A DNA stretch of 64,000 bases from Calditrichia bacterium (lineage in GTDB: Bacteria > Calditrichota > Calditrichia > JAJRVZ01): positions 352,001 to 416,000 of the forward strand of contig CAWCNS010000009.1 of the NCBI GenBank assembly GCA_963796965.1, given 5' to 3'. The position numbers and the translations under genes were made by a program. Positions 51,580 through 62,467 of this stretch are shown in pieces; the stretch's first letter is position 1, and every line of letters starts with the position of its first letter. The notes beneath the pieces were generated by a model that ran no database searches, was not told the origin of the DNA, and worked only from the letters and a program-made list of their open reading frames with translations.

Positions 51580-53679
51580 TTATATCCGAAATAAATAAGA
51601 CAGTTTGCTGAATACCATATAATTCTCTCTCCCAAATGAATAACGATGATAATTTCGCAATTCTTTATATGAGATATAGAAGGTAGATCCGGCAAAAAAT
51701 TCATAACCGATAAGAAAATCTATTTGCTGGGACTTGTATCGGGTATCGAGCTGTTGAATTACCCTTGAAAAAATATTTCGACTTATCTGATAATGTATAG
51801 AATTATTTAACAACCAGGTTTCATAAAGAACCCCTGTCTCGCCATTTATTTTCTGTTGATAAAAACTATCTGAATTTCTAATTAAAATATTTGGCGTGGG
51901 TTTTATGGTAAAACCAAGGGTCAGACTCTGGTCGATGCCTTCACGCTGTTCTGTAAAATTTTCCACATATAAAGCGCGTTGACTTTTATAATAACCAATG
52001 TTACCGTCAATCAGGGAGCCTGTCGCCGTGCCAAAACTCATACTAAAATTAGTAACCGGATATTTGTTATCATTCCAAATGAATTGATCCTCATGAATGA
52101 TCTGCGAACGCGCTTCACCGGTACTTATACTCAAGCTGGCATTTAGTTTGTTTATTGTTCCAATTGAAAAACTAGCCCCTGAACTACGGCCAACCTTCAA
52201 TCCGCCATAGGCTTCTGAATAATTCCCATGCGTTGATATATTTACAAATTCCAATCCCAAATCAGGAATATGCCATCTGTACCCCAGAGATAGTTGGGGA
52301 TTACGATAGCCGGTTTGGCCGACAATCCCCGTTTGTGGATTATAGTTAGGCCCGATATCAAGATAGGTAAAAGTATAATTTATACCCTCAACTTTTTGAA
52401 TCCTGTGATGCAAGTAAAGGAGGAAATTTTCATTTTTAGGGATATCTGAATTAAAAGTTGTCGCAAGTTGAAATTGAAAATGATGCTCCGCACCTTGGCT
52501 AAATTGTCCATCAATAGAAAAATTGCGATTATAGGTATTACCGCCCGATTCAAAGCCACTCATCATCATCCCAATTTTTGAAATTTTAAACACATCTTTC
52601 TGCAACCGAAGTGCATAAACCATCTTTTCATCGCCTGAAATGGGCGCATCCCAGGCGGTTAGAGCGCCAATGCTCCAGGGGCCTTCTTTACCGGTTAGTT
52701 TGCCCATCATCTTTGGATTTTCAATACGCCGGCTGTAAAAGAGTGAGAAAGGTAAGGCAAAGTGCGATGCACCTTCATTAAAAAAAGGGCGGTTTTCAGC
52801 GAGTTGATACTCATAGGGACTAAAATTAACAAAAAAACGATCGCTTTCTACCTGTGAAAAATCAGGTGCAAATGATCCATCCAGGACGAGATTTGGCGCC
52901 AATCCAAATTTAGCATCAAAACCTAAAGCAGCATCTCTCTCGACATAGGTTTTTCCTTGAGAATATCGAATGGCACCATAAGGTAAAACTTCTAAAATAT
53001 GCCCGTCAGATATATTTCTTATACCCCGAGCTTTTGCAAACATACTGTAGAAGTCATCATCATACCTACAATCAACTGAGTTTATTATTTCGCCTTTGCG
53101 ATAAATATTCCTGCCAATAACAATTCCCCATGACTGTTCCTTCCGGGCAGGAAAGCGTAACGATTTGAACGGTATTGCCATTTCACCGCTCCAACCAAGA
53201 CTATCGATAATTGCAGCTGAATGCCAAATGGTATCGAATGAGTTTTTTTGTACGCCTAAAGGATTTATTTGAAAAAGAAAATTCTCTCTCTGATTATCAT
53301 AGGTATCAATATAAATGAATGCATTGTCATCACTTTGCCATTGATTTCTAGGTGTTAATGTTGCCCTTATTTTATCCGGTTCAGAATCAAAACAGCGCAG
53401 ACCAATGTAAAGATTGTCTTCATCATAAACCAAATAAGCAACTGTTTTTTCGGTTGGCGCTGCCCCATTTTGAGGCGTGTATTGGTAGAATTCACCAATG
53501 ACCGCTGCACCTTGCCATATTTTTTCATCCAGAGTTCCATCAATCTCGGGCGATTGAGATGTCTGTGGTATAGTAATTACCGGACGGGCATAATTGCGAT
53601 TATTTTCAGCATATCCACTTGAGAATAGGAATAAGAGTAAGAACTGAATTATCCAGAGTATTAAGTTATTTTTAGGCAT
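51580..53679 (-). CDS. CBM9-like sugar-binding domain + DUF5916 outer-membrane protein
   Basis: PEIDGTLDE..W, YDEDNLYIG, EMAIPFKSLRF, PDFSQVESD, ENRPFF.EG, LFYSRRI; terminal KLSYLFRI. Confidence 0.85.
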   Translation of the reverse strand: MPKNNLILWIIQFLLLFLFSSGYAENNRNYARPVITIPQTSQSPEIDGTLDEKIWQGAAVIGEFYQYTPQNGAAPTEKTVAYLVYDEDNLYIGLRCFDSEPDKIRATLTPRNQWQSDDNAFIYIDTYDNQRENFLFQINPLGVQKNSFDTIWHSAAIIDSLGWSGEMAIPFKSLRFPARKEQSWGIVIGRNIYRKGEIINSVDCRYDDDFYSMFAKARGIRNISDGHILEVLPYGAIRYSQGKTYVERDAALGFDAKFGLAPNLVLDGSFAPDFSQVESDRFFVNFSPYEYQLAENRPFFNEGASHFALPFSLFYSRRIENPKMMGKLTGKEGPWSIGALTAWDAPISGDEKMVYALRLQKDVFKISKIGMMMSGFESGGNTYNRNFSIDGQFSQGAEHHFQFQLATTFNSDIPKNENFLLYLHHRIQKVEGINYTFTYLDIGPNYNPQTGIVGQTGYRNPQLSLGYRWHIPDLGLEFVNISTHGNYSEAYGGLKVGRSSGASFSIGTINKLNASLSISTGEARSQIIHEDQFIWNDNKYPVTNFSMSFGTATGSLIDGNIGYYKSQRALYVENFTEQREGIDQSLTLGFTIKPTPNILIRNSDSFYQQKINGETGVLYETWLLNNSIHYQISRNIFSRVIQQLDTRYKSQQIDFLIGYEFFAGSTFYISYKELRNYHRYSFGRENYMVFSKLSYLFRI

Positions 53680-53848
53680 AGTACGTTAATTGTAACTTCT
53701 GCTTAAATGGTTTTATGAATGTTTGGTTAATAAAATTCTATTTCTTAAAATAAAATACTCATCCCCCGGCGAGATGTATCAATTATATTTTGTTGAATAT
53801 GTGTTCACAAAACAATAATCATTATTAATTTTGCTATAAATTTGATTA

Positions 53849-53940
53849 GTCATTCCGAACCCTGGCCTGTCGCCAGGACAGGCTTGGTTCGGAATCTTAT
53901 AAACTCAATTACTTAGATCCTGAAACAAGTTCAGGATGAC
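53849..53940. repeat. GTCAT...ATGAC double-hairpin REP-like element; related degenerate copy at 6152-6272
   Basis: gtcattccgaac...gttcggaatct...agatcctgaaacaagttcaggatgac. Confidence 0.65.
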
Positions 53941-54077
53941 ACAAAGGTTAGCACATTCTCTGTCTTTATTTTAACTAATAATCTGTAAGCATCAAGTCGG
54001 GATTGGAGATATTAATATATTATCCAATACACCGCATAATCATTTACAAAAAGCAGTGAGTGTCTGCTTTATAATGC

Positions 54078-57000
54078 TTATTGATTTAATAAAGCCACAC
54101 AATCCATTATTTCTTCTCGTAAGAGTTCTACCGTTTGGTCATTATTCGACGCATCAATGACATAACGGGCCACCCCCATCTTTGCTTCCTGAAGTGATTG
54201 CTCAGCAACGGCCGGCAGGGTCACTTCAACGAGATGCCTGATCTGACTTTTTGCTGCCTCACTAACTGCGGCATCGTTCAATTTCTCTCGCAATGCAATT
54301 ACAATCCGGGTATCCTCAATGCTCTCACGAACGGCTTCCCAACGACGGCTTGACGTGTTCATGCCATCTTTGTCAGTGTAAACCAGGGGATATTCAAGGT
54401 CAATGGCCTCCCACATGGAAGGCCCGACATTGTAGCACCAATAACCGATGCCCGTAGCACCAAAATGATGGGCAAACAAGGCCGGAAGACGGTACTGGGC
54501 AACAACGTTAATTGTTTTAACATTTGCGCCGATTGGGCGCGCATAAGCATAGGCACAATCATAAGTCCAGAGCGTTTTCCCAGATTGCTCAAGAAACTTC
54601 ATAACCGGTGTTTCATCACCCAGCATAAAATAACTGGGGCACCAAACCTCAGCGATCTCATTGAGCGCTTCAAACATGGCCAGATCTCCGCCACCGTTAA
54701 TATAAAATTGCAATCCCGGTCGTGCTTTTACACCCTGGCGGGCAAAAGTGATATAGTGATTAACCGTATCCCAACCATGCCCTCCTGGCTCATCATGTGG
54801 GTAGAGGGCAACCCGATTTTCCGAAATACCCTGTGCCGCAAGATGCTGAATAACCTGCTTCAGATATGCGGCGAGACGTGGTACATAAGCTGCTTCTTCC
54901 ATTGGAATACCCAGATCGGGGATGCCAGGCATTAACAGGTAAACATCGTGTCCCTTCATTGGCCTGATAAACTCATCCGTTGCCGTAAAATCGATGTCCA
55001 ATTTAAGTGGTTCTTCGTTCTCAATTTTTACCGATGGTAACGGATGAGTAAAGACCGTATTACCGTGCGCCAGCAAGTCGACGACGGCATTCGCTTTGTA
55101 ACTGGCCCAGCAACATAAGCGCATCGCCTCGAATCCGGCCATTTCAAAAGGCAGTACTTCAAGTTCTATATTGGTGATTGTTTTTGACTTACCAGTTTCA
55201 AATATTACCTGTACATCGTAGTCACCGGCTTCTGCATCGGCCAGATCAATATCCAGCCAGATTTCACGGGTTTCCAGTGCAGGAATAGTTATTTTATTAT
55301 TACCAAGCGGTACTATCGGATCCCAGGCAATGGTCTTTTGATTCGTGGGTACTGGTTTCACTTCAAAAGATGTTACCTTCAGGGCTGCTGATTTTTTCTG
55401 CACCTGGCAACTGACTTCGACTGATTCCAGAGTCATATTCAGTAATTTGATGGAAACTGGCTCGTGTTCTCCGCTTATGCTCCGGCGTTGGATTTTTAAC
55501 GGAATGGCAATTTCCGAGGGCAGTTGCTGGTCTACATCCCGGTTTTCCCAGATCAATCCTTCAAATGCCACTATCTGAGTTTTCGGAGCATTATTGATAA
55601 TTGAATCTGAAATTCGGGCTAAGGATAATGCACGTTGCGAACGAATATTGAGTTTCGAGGTTCGGGTTTTTAACTGTTCATTAAATTCAGGTGAGGCACC
55701 CGGGGCAGCCAATTGCAGGTCTGCCAGGGCAGCAGCCTCTTCAGCAATTCCTTTTAATTCTTGATTCAGAGCTGCTTTCAAACCTTTTTCGGAAAGATCA
55801 GTTTTGAGTATTTCAACTTTTTTTCCCAAAGCCAGTACAGCTCGTTTTGCTAATGCCTGATCATTTACAAACGGTTGCAGTGTTAATTGGCGCGAACCGG
55901 CAACTAAAGCATTCCCGCTCGGATCTTTCAGGGTCCAGTTAAAATGATAAATTCCAGGTGCAGAAATCATAACCGGTAATTTCAGCAGTCCGTGTTGCCC
56001 AATAATTTTACCCACAGCCGATTGACGAGAACCGTCCGGACGGATACAACTTGCCTCTGCTTTTAAAATATTTTTATTCAAGCCTGGATTTTCTACACGA
56101 AACGAAATTTCAGTCCCCGTAAGAATTTGATCCCAATTTAAATTTTCCGGAACCATTTGAATTTTATCTGAACCGGCAAGTCCAAACCAGGCGGCTGCCA
56201 GATGATTATCGCCACGATAGGTATACCACTGGGCTATTGTCGTCTCAGGAGCTGGAATACCTAAACAGTAAATCAGGCCGCCCTCACCACCCGTAAGTGC
56301 CATCTCCAACCCGGGCCGCTCTTTAACAATGTCTCCAAAGGCAGGCGTTACATTGATTGTACGGCTGGCAAACTGATGGCTAAACACAACTTCTCCGGCA
56401 ATATTAAAAATCAGTAGATTACCACGCTGCGTACTGAGGGCATATTCCAGCACACCATTTCCATCCACATCGATAAGGGCACCGGAGGCCAAACTACGTC
56501 CCTGTGTATCGATATCCCATAGGACAGTCCCACCTTCATCATATCGATAGAGCGCACCCAATTGTGTCACAACAAATAAATCAGCACGACCATCACCATC
56601 AGGATCACCAACTGAAATAGTTGACGCGATCGCCCCATTTGTCGATCGTTTCCATTGAATTGTTCCCATGTTATCGAGACAAAAAAATTCTCCGGATTGC
56701 GATCCCGCAGCGATGCACACCTGTCCAATGGAATTTTGAAACAACACCGGAGAGCATGTCGACCAGTCCAGTGAGGGGCTGCCAACATCAAACTGCCATA
56801 GCGTTTTTCCTGTTGATGAAAGAGCAAATACCTTACCGGCAGTTGTCGCAATAATTATTTCCAGTAAGCCATCTTTACCTAAATCCCCTATTGCCGGAGA
56901 GGAGCATTCGCCATCAATCTGTTGTTGCCATTTAAGTTCACCTGTCAGGGCATCGTAAACGGATACAACACCTTTCTTATCACCCTGAATAACATCAATC

Positions 57001-57458
57001 TTACCATCGTTATCCAAATCTGCCAAAGCCGGTGCGGCGCCGAAGATCGGCGAGGTTTCTACCTGCCAAATAACTTCTCCCTTTCCATCCAAACAAGTGA
57101 ACAATCCTTTATTATCTCCGGCATAGATAAGTGGGATCTGATTTTCTCGCTCGAGAATGGCCGGACAAGTCGAATAGCGACCGCGGGTATCAAAGCGCCA
57201 GAGTTCCTCACCGGTACCGTCAACCACTATGATATGCTCGTAAGCTGCGGTCAAAATCTCATCATCACCATCACCATCCAGATCAGCAACCATTGCTGCC
57301 CCCTCCATCACCATATCAACATTAACCTCCCATAATTGGTTAATGTCCAGGGTTTCTGACGCGCTACTCAAGGTTGCGGATGCAATAAAAAAAATAACGA
57401 CTGAAAGAGCTATCCTAAGGTTAAGGCATGTTTTTATCCTTCTATACATAATTTGCAT
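54078..57458 (-). CDS. Secreted FG-GAP/PQQ-like beta-propeller protein with C-terminal GH123/DUF4091-like domain
   Basis: GGAGG RBS before ATG 57458; DLDGDGDDEI-type repeats; C-terminal YPHDEPG, WTYDC, SRRWEAVRESIED. Confidence 0.65.
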   Translation of the reverse strand: MQIMYRRIKTCLNLRIALSVVIFFIASATLSSASETLDINQLWEVNVDMVMEGAAMVADLDGDGDDEILTAAYEHIIVVDGTGEELWRFDTRGRYSTCPAILERENQIPLIYAGDNKGLFTCLDGKGEVIWQVETSPIFGAAPALADLDNDGKIDVIQGDKKGVVSVYDALTGELKWQQQIDGECSSPAIGDLGKDGLLEIIIATTAGKVFALSSTGKTLWQFDVGSPSLDWSTCSPVLFQNSIGQVCIAAGSQSGEFFCLDNMGTIQWKRSTNGAIASTISVGDPDGDGRADLFVVTQLGALYRYDEGGTVLWDIDTQGRSLASGALIDVDGNGVLEYALSTQRGNLLIFNIAGEVVFSHQFASRTINVTPAFGDIVKERPGLEMALTGGEGGLIYCLGIPAPETTIAQWYTYRGDNHLAAAWFGLAGSDKIQMVPENLNWDQILTGTEISFRVENPGLNKNILKAEASCIRPDGSRQSAVGKIIGQHGLLKLPVMISAPGIYHFNWTLKDPSGNALVAGSRQLTLQPFVNDQALAKRAVLALGKKVEILKTDLSEKGLKAALNQELKGIAEEAAALADLQLAAPGASPEFNEQLKTRTSKLNIRSQRALSLARISDSIINNAPKTQIVAFEGLIWENRDVDQQLPSEIAIPLKIQRRSISGEHEPVSIKLLNMTLESVEVSCQVQKKSAALKVTSFEVKPVPTNQKTIAWDPIVPLGNNKITIPALETREIWLDIDLADAEAGDYDVQVIFETGKSKTITNIELEVLPFEMAGFEAMRLCCWASYKANAVVDLLAHGNTVFTHPLPSVKIENEEPLKLDIDFTATDEFIRPMKGHDVYLLMPGIPDLGIPMEEAAYVPRLAAYLKQVIQHLAAQGISENRVALYPHDEPGGHGWDTVNHYITFARQGVKARPGLQFYINGGGDLAMFEALNEIAEVWCPSYFMLGDETPVMKFLEQSGKTLWTYDCAYAYARPIGANVKTINVVAQYRLPALFAHHFGATGIGYWCYNVGPSMWEAIDLEYPLVYTDKDGMNTSSRRWEAVRESIEDTRIVIALREKLNDAAVSEAAKSQIRHLVEVTLPAVAEQSLQEAKMGVARYVIDASNNDQTVELLREEIMDCVALLNQ

Positions 57459-57615
57459 TGAAACCTCCATTGAATTAGACGGTGGGTTAGATTGAATCAC
57501 TTATAAGATAATGAAAAAAATGATATTAAATTTAAATTTGTGGGGTTAAAAGGGGGCTTTTGAGGAATCAGTAGTTTCAATACTATATAATTTTGAAAAA
57601 TACAGTTGACCCGTT

Positions 57616-58380
57616 CTAATTATTATTCTTCGATTGATGCTCTTCGAGAAGATCTAACATATGATCAATTAAATTCGTACCCCCTATATCTCCATGACCG
57701 GGTATAACGGTCTGGCAATCCGGATAAGTTTCCAATACTTTCTTCAGGGTTTTTGGCCAGGCCTCTAAATCCGCATCACCGATAAAGCCCAGACTTTTCC
57801 AGTTCAAGGCTTTTACAGGACAACCAGCAAATAAGATTTTTTCTTTAGGGATCCAGACAAAGATGTTATCGACCGTATGACCTGCTCCAAAATATCTACA
57901 GATTATCTCCCGTCCATCTAAGTGGATTCTCAATGAGTCCTGGAATCCGGTATCGGGTATCGGCCGGCTTTTTGATTTAGCAATTTCTATGGTTTTATTA
58001 TGAGCGAACGTAGGGATCTGTTGCCTTTTTACTTCATCCAATCCCCCCATACAATCCATATGCCAGTGGGTAGCGATTACGCCTTCTACCTTAACTTTAA
58101 GACTATCCTCAAGCCAGGCAATTAGCATTCTGGTTTCATTGTTGGTCCAGGGCGTATCAATGATATAGGCTTTATCATTTTCTCTGATTATCAAACCATT
58201 CGCTGGAACATGTTTATAATCTTCCAGATCATAGTATGAAATATGAATGAAGATGTTTTCTGAAATTTTCCTTATTTCTAGGTTCTCAGATAGTTTAGCT
58301 AGCACATTCTGAGCTATTGACAGACTTGAGTAAACGATAAGTATCAGTGTAGATAATAAAAGATACATAATTTTATTCAT
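57616..58380 (-). CDS. Subclass B1 metallo-beta-lactamase
   Basis: Signal peptide; ANGLI, IIDTPW, THWHMDCMGG (H-x-H-x-D), GAGHTVDN, FAGCPVK (Cys), IPGHG. Confidence 0.88.
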   Translation of the reverse strand: MNKIMYLLLSTLILIVYSSLSIAQNVLAKLSENLEIRKISENIFIHISYYDLEDYKHVPANGLIIRENDKAYIIDTPWTNNETRMLIAWLEDSLKVKVEGVIATHWHMDCMGGLDEVKRQQIPTFAHNKTIEIAKSKSRPIPDTGFQDSLRIHLDGREIICRYFGAGHTVDNIFVWIPKEKILFAGCPVKALNWKSLGFIGDADLEAWPKTLKKVLETYPDCQTVIPGHGDIGGTNLIDHMLDLLEEHQSKNNN

Positions 58381-58478
58381 AGGTATTCCCCATATCTATA
58401 ACTACCCTTCATTAATAAATATTTTAATATCCCCATTTTTCAAAACTTCAATATTTAAAAAGTAATTTATATTTACCA

Positions 58479-59273
58479 TCAGATTCTCTCAGCCTCGACC
58501 TCTAATCTTACCATGGCCACATGAATTCTTCCTTCCCTGTCCGTGGTATCTTCTTCAATATACTTCGAACAAATTGTCTTTATAAAATGATCTTTTTTGT
58601 CGTTTGGCACTCTTTCGATATAGGGCAACCAAGTTGTACGAATCCAACCTTCCAAATCTGATTGTTGGTCATGTATCATATCTTTGGGGACAAGGTCAAC
58701 CCGGTTGATTTTGAATCCAGTTTCTGATAATAACTTTCTGTATTCCTGTATCCCATAAAATTCATAAGGAAAGTCAAAATTTTGAAAAAAGGGCTGCCAT
58801 TCTTTTGAAGAAATAAGTTTGCTCAAGACTGTAAGAATTTCTTGGGCATTGCCTTCCCCTCCCATTTGCAGGAGTATCTGGCCTCCGTTTTTTAAACCTT
58901 TAAAGATTTTTTCTAATACCGGTTTGTGGTTTTTAACCCAATGTAACGCTGCATTCGAAAACACTACATCAAAGCGTTCATCATATGACATAGATCTTAC
59001 ATCTTTAACCTGATATGAGAGGTTAGAATAATCTGATCCCGAAAATTTCTTCTTCGCCAATTCTATCATTGATTCTGAATTATCAATACCAAGAGCAGAT
59101 CCATTAGTTACCAGCGTAGCGATTTCTGCAGTTACTTTTCCATCGCCACAGCCAATATCAAGTACATTTTCTGATCCTTTCAGACGTAATTTTTGTATTA
59201 ACTCCTTCGCCCATTTTTGTTGAGACTGAGAATGACTCTCATAGTCCTTAGCATTCCATTTATATGTCTTCAT
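58479..59273 (-). CDS. Class I SAM-dependent methyltransferase (trans-aconitate methyltransferase-like)
   Basis: VLDIGCGDG, FDVVFSNAALHWV. Confidence 0.85.
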   Translation of the reverse strand: MKTYKWNAKDYESHSQSQQKWAKELIQKLRLKGSENVLDIGCGDGKVTAEIATLVTNGSALGIDNSESMIELAKKKFSGSDYSNLSYQVKDVRSMSYDERFDVVFSNAALHWVKNHKPVLEKIFKGLKNGGQILLQMGGEGNAQEILTVLSKLISSKEWQPFFQNFDFPYEFYGIQEYRKLLSETGFKINRVDLVPKDMIHDQQSDLEGWIRTTWLPYIERVPNDKKDHFIKTICSKYIEEDTTDREGRIHVAMVRLEVEAERI

Positions 59274-59345
59274 TATATCCTTTTAAATGTTCTTGCATTG
59301 AAAAATAGACGATCACACGGCATTCTTTTTTGAATAATTACCCGA

Positions 59346-59846
59346 TTATTCCTGGGGTTTCATGCCAAATTTTGTCCATTCTTCTTTCGAGGGCCCATAG
59401 ATCCCAGGAACTTCAATATCCTGCAATCTCATGATGATGGTCATCTGTGCTCGGTGATGTATTTGGTGATGAACCAAGGCGGATAAAATTTTTCTCTTCT
59501 CCCATTGTTGTCCATACATTTCCATACTTTTGGTTAGATCAGCATCCTGCCATTTTTTTCTTAGTAATTCGATCAACGCATCATTATGGTCTTGATAGGT
59601 AGCAATAATTTCAGCAAATGTAGCTGGCATATCCTTATCCTCAAGATGGTCTTTTTCTATTATACCGGCCTTGTGCGGCATTTCCGTTAAAGTTTGTGTA
59701 ATATGCCAGGCCAGGCGTCCCAGACTTCTGATATTTTCTGCCACACGAACTGAAATTTTATCATCACTAATTTTTGAAAACAGATTTAGCGTATATTTTG
59801 CCTCTTCCTGCCAATCATTTACAAAATCCTCAATTTTTCTATACAT
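59346..59846 (-). CDS. DinB/YfiT-family protein
   Basis: RSLGRLAWHI, HQIHHRAQM, VPGIYGPSKEE. Confidence 0.85.
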   Translation of the reverse strand: MYRKIEDFVNDWQEEAKYTLNLFSKISDDKISVRVAENIRSLGRLAWHITQTLTEMPHKAGIIEKDHLEDKDMPATFAEIIATYQDHNDALIELLRKKWQDADLTKSMEMYGQQWEKRKILSALVHHQIHHRAQMTIIMRLQDIEVPGIYGPSKEEWTKFGMKPQE

Positions 59847-60047
59847 AATGGCACCTCATAGGAGACTATCATTCTCATAAATTTTACAGATAATATTGGA
59901 GAAACAAATAGATCGGTCATATACCTCTAAATGTAGGTGCTTTTCATGAAAATATAAAGGAATTTGGTGGTATTAGAAATGAATAGATAAGATAGACACC
60001 ATATTAAATGAATGTCAAATATCCAAATCCAAATGACAAATGAATGT

Positions 60048-60498
60048 CTAATACCCAAGCACTATCCCCTCAGAAATACTTATTGCTTCCCCATGATTGA
60101 AGTGTCCCACGATCAATAAGATTCCTTCATTAATAGGCGCATTTATTCTTGGTGCACTCACTAATTGATGACCAACCAGGATTGCAGCATTTTTTCCAAT
60201 ATGTTTATCAGTAAATTCCGCAAATTTTATACGTCCCTCATTATTGAGCATGATCTTCACTTGAGGATGTGTCTGCCAATCGATTACCTCTGCCGATTTT
60301 ATGTCATTATTATTCAGGAAAATAGAATCAGATACAAAGAACTTCTGATCTGTTTTATACAAAACCATTTCATTGACAGGGGGATACATGTTCAGATTGC
60401 GCCAATCGAAGTTCAAATAATAAGAATTTTTTGTCGAAATTATTCTCCGAACACGAGAAAAAAAACATTAACAGTAAAATAGAAATAGATATTTTCAT
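60048..60498 (-). CDS. Exported SecD/SecF P1-head-like domain protein; frameshift in the 5' part
   Basis: GRIKFAEFTDKHIGKNAAILV..QLVSAPRINAPI; GGAGG RBS and ATG at 60498 in a different frame from ORF 60048-60416. Confidence 0.6.
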
Positions 60499-60675
60499 TA
60501 CAATCCCTCCCAGATTTATTAATACTTTAAAAAATCTCATAATAATACATCATGGAATTGATACCCATCAAAATTGATTTTATTCTGTTTCCATTTCAAA
60601 ATCAGATAGTCTTTAAAGATTTAAACTTAAAGGATTTATTCTTTTTAGATTAAAATCTGTTATTTTTTTTAATAT

Positions 60676-61718
60676 TTATGAATTCTGTCTACAGCTAAAA
60701 ATTTCAACCAAACCTTCTTTACCTCTCAGTTCTACCTCGCCAAGAGACCGAATATCAAATTGCCTGGTTTCCACAAATTCTTTAGCGAGTGTTGCTGAAA
60801 GTAGAAGTTGTTTATCAAATTTATTGCAAAATCCCTGGATACGTGCTGCGGTATTGAGTACATCCCCATGAAAAGCGATCTCTGTTTTCAATTCACCAAC
60901 TTCTGCTACCGTTACAAACCAAGCGCCATCCCAGCTTTAAACTCCGGAAAAACATTATATCTATCTAGAAAATATTCCTTTTTACTTTCGAGTTTATCCA
61001 TAAAATCATAAAACATATGTAGACAATTCTCGTTCGAAAGGCCATCCTCCTTTTGCCAGGATATAACGGCTTCATCGCCTACGTATTGATATATCTGACC
61101 TTTATTTGTAATAACGGGCTCCGTTAATTCAGCAAAACAGTCCTGAATGAGTTTACTATACAAAACATGATCTAATTTTTCTGCAATTGATGTGGATGAT
61201 TTTAGATCCAGGAACATAAATATTCTTTCTTCTTCCTTAGGATTAAAATATTTGCCCGTTAAGTATTCCAACAGCACTCCTGGGCCAAATTTCTTATTCA
61301 TCTGCTTAAAAAAATGAAATAAGAAACTGGCAATTGAGAAGGTCACAAAATTTCCTAATGAGATAGCAGAGAATAAATATTTGAATGCAAAATCCAATGA
61401 ACCGCTACCTATCCAGGCCGCGAAAAGAGTAATAATTAAAAATATTATTATATAGATCATTGTTTTTGAAAAGACGACATATCCGAATGATTTTCGTTTT
61501 CTGACAATGAATCTTTCATCTACAATTTCTATCAAACCCCAAAGAAATCCTCCCAGCACCCCACCAGGAATGGAGGTATAATAAAATTTTGATAATGGGA
61601 CTGTTATGGGACCTTCCAGGATAAACTCAAGACCCACAAATCGAACTGTGACCCCAACCATAACCACAAAGGTCCAATAAATAACTGAGATTGCCAATTC
61701 TTTGATAATTAATTTCAT
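60676..61718 (-). CDS. Membrane-anchored class III adenylate/guanylate cyclase-domain protein; frameshift near 60920
   Basis: 4 TMs, FMFLDLKSSTSIAE, YQYVGDE, AFHGDVLNTAARIQ, ELRGK. Confidence 0.85.
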
Positions 61719-61987
61719 AGTAAAATCCTAAATCAAATGTATTCGTTTCACAGCTATTTGAGTACCTATCAGAATTAAATAATAATCACTAAACAGAATC
61801 ATCATAAAGTTAATCAATTACAGAGAAATATAGATAATATTTGAATGTGAATGAGTACTTAGCATCGTCAAATGTGAAATTCTATATCAATTTTCATCTC
61901 TTTTGAGAGATTTTCCACCAATATAGTCTCTTTATTATCAAATAATCCCACATCAAAATACCACTAAACATTATCAGGAGGTGTAAT

Positions 61988-62467
61988 ATGAGAGTAGTAA
62001 TTTTTACAGCTTTTATTTTTAGTATGGTGTTGATATTTTCTTCTTGTGAATCTTTGCAAGATGGTCCACTTGCTGTGAAGAATGAGGAAGGCAATATGCT
62101 CAAACCATTGCCCACAGGTAAGCAAGTCAGGGTTTGCAAAGCAGTTTGCGAGGGCTGTAATGTAAAAGAGGTTTGCTGGACTGATAAGGATTTCAATTTA
62201 CCGGATTTTGAGACACAACCCTTTACAATCACCTCTGTAGAGTTATGCCTGGTTTCTTCAAGTGAAACAGCGAATTTATGTGCCGGACTTTTTGGTGAAT
62301 CCTACACAGAAGCAGCAGGTGATTGTCAGTTACCAACCACATTTCGATGGGAAGGTGAATATCCTGAAGAACATCCTTTCTATGATGGTTTTAGCATAGG
62401 GGTTAACTCAGATGAGATTCTTGCCGACGTTGAAGCCGTATGTTCCATAACCTATGTTGTGCACTAA
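61988..62467 (+). CDS. Cysteine-rich hypothetical lipoprotein
   Basis: AGGAGG RBS, lipobox FSSC, eight further Cys. Confidence 0.65.
   Translation: MRVVIFTAFIFSMVLIFSSCESLQDGPLAVKNEEGNMLKPLPTGKQVRVCKAVCEGCNVKEVCWTDKDFNLPDFETQPFTITSVELCLVSSSETANLCAGLFGESYTEAAGDCQLPTTFRWEGEYPEEHPFYDGFSIGVNSDEILADVEAVCSITYVVH

Noticed and set aside
165..62232. Numerous 60-156 aa ORFs antisense or out of frame to long genes (e.g. 1536-2000, 42797-43219, 50356-50796, 54465-54935, 61894-62232)
   Set aside because: Shadow ORFs overlapping well-supported genes, with no motifs of their own.
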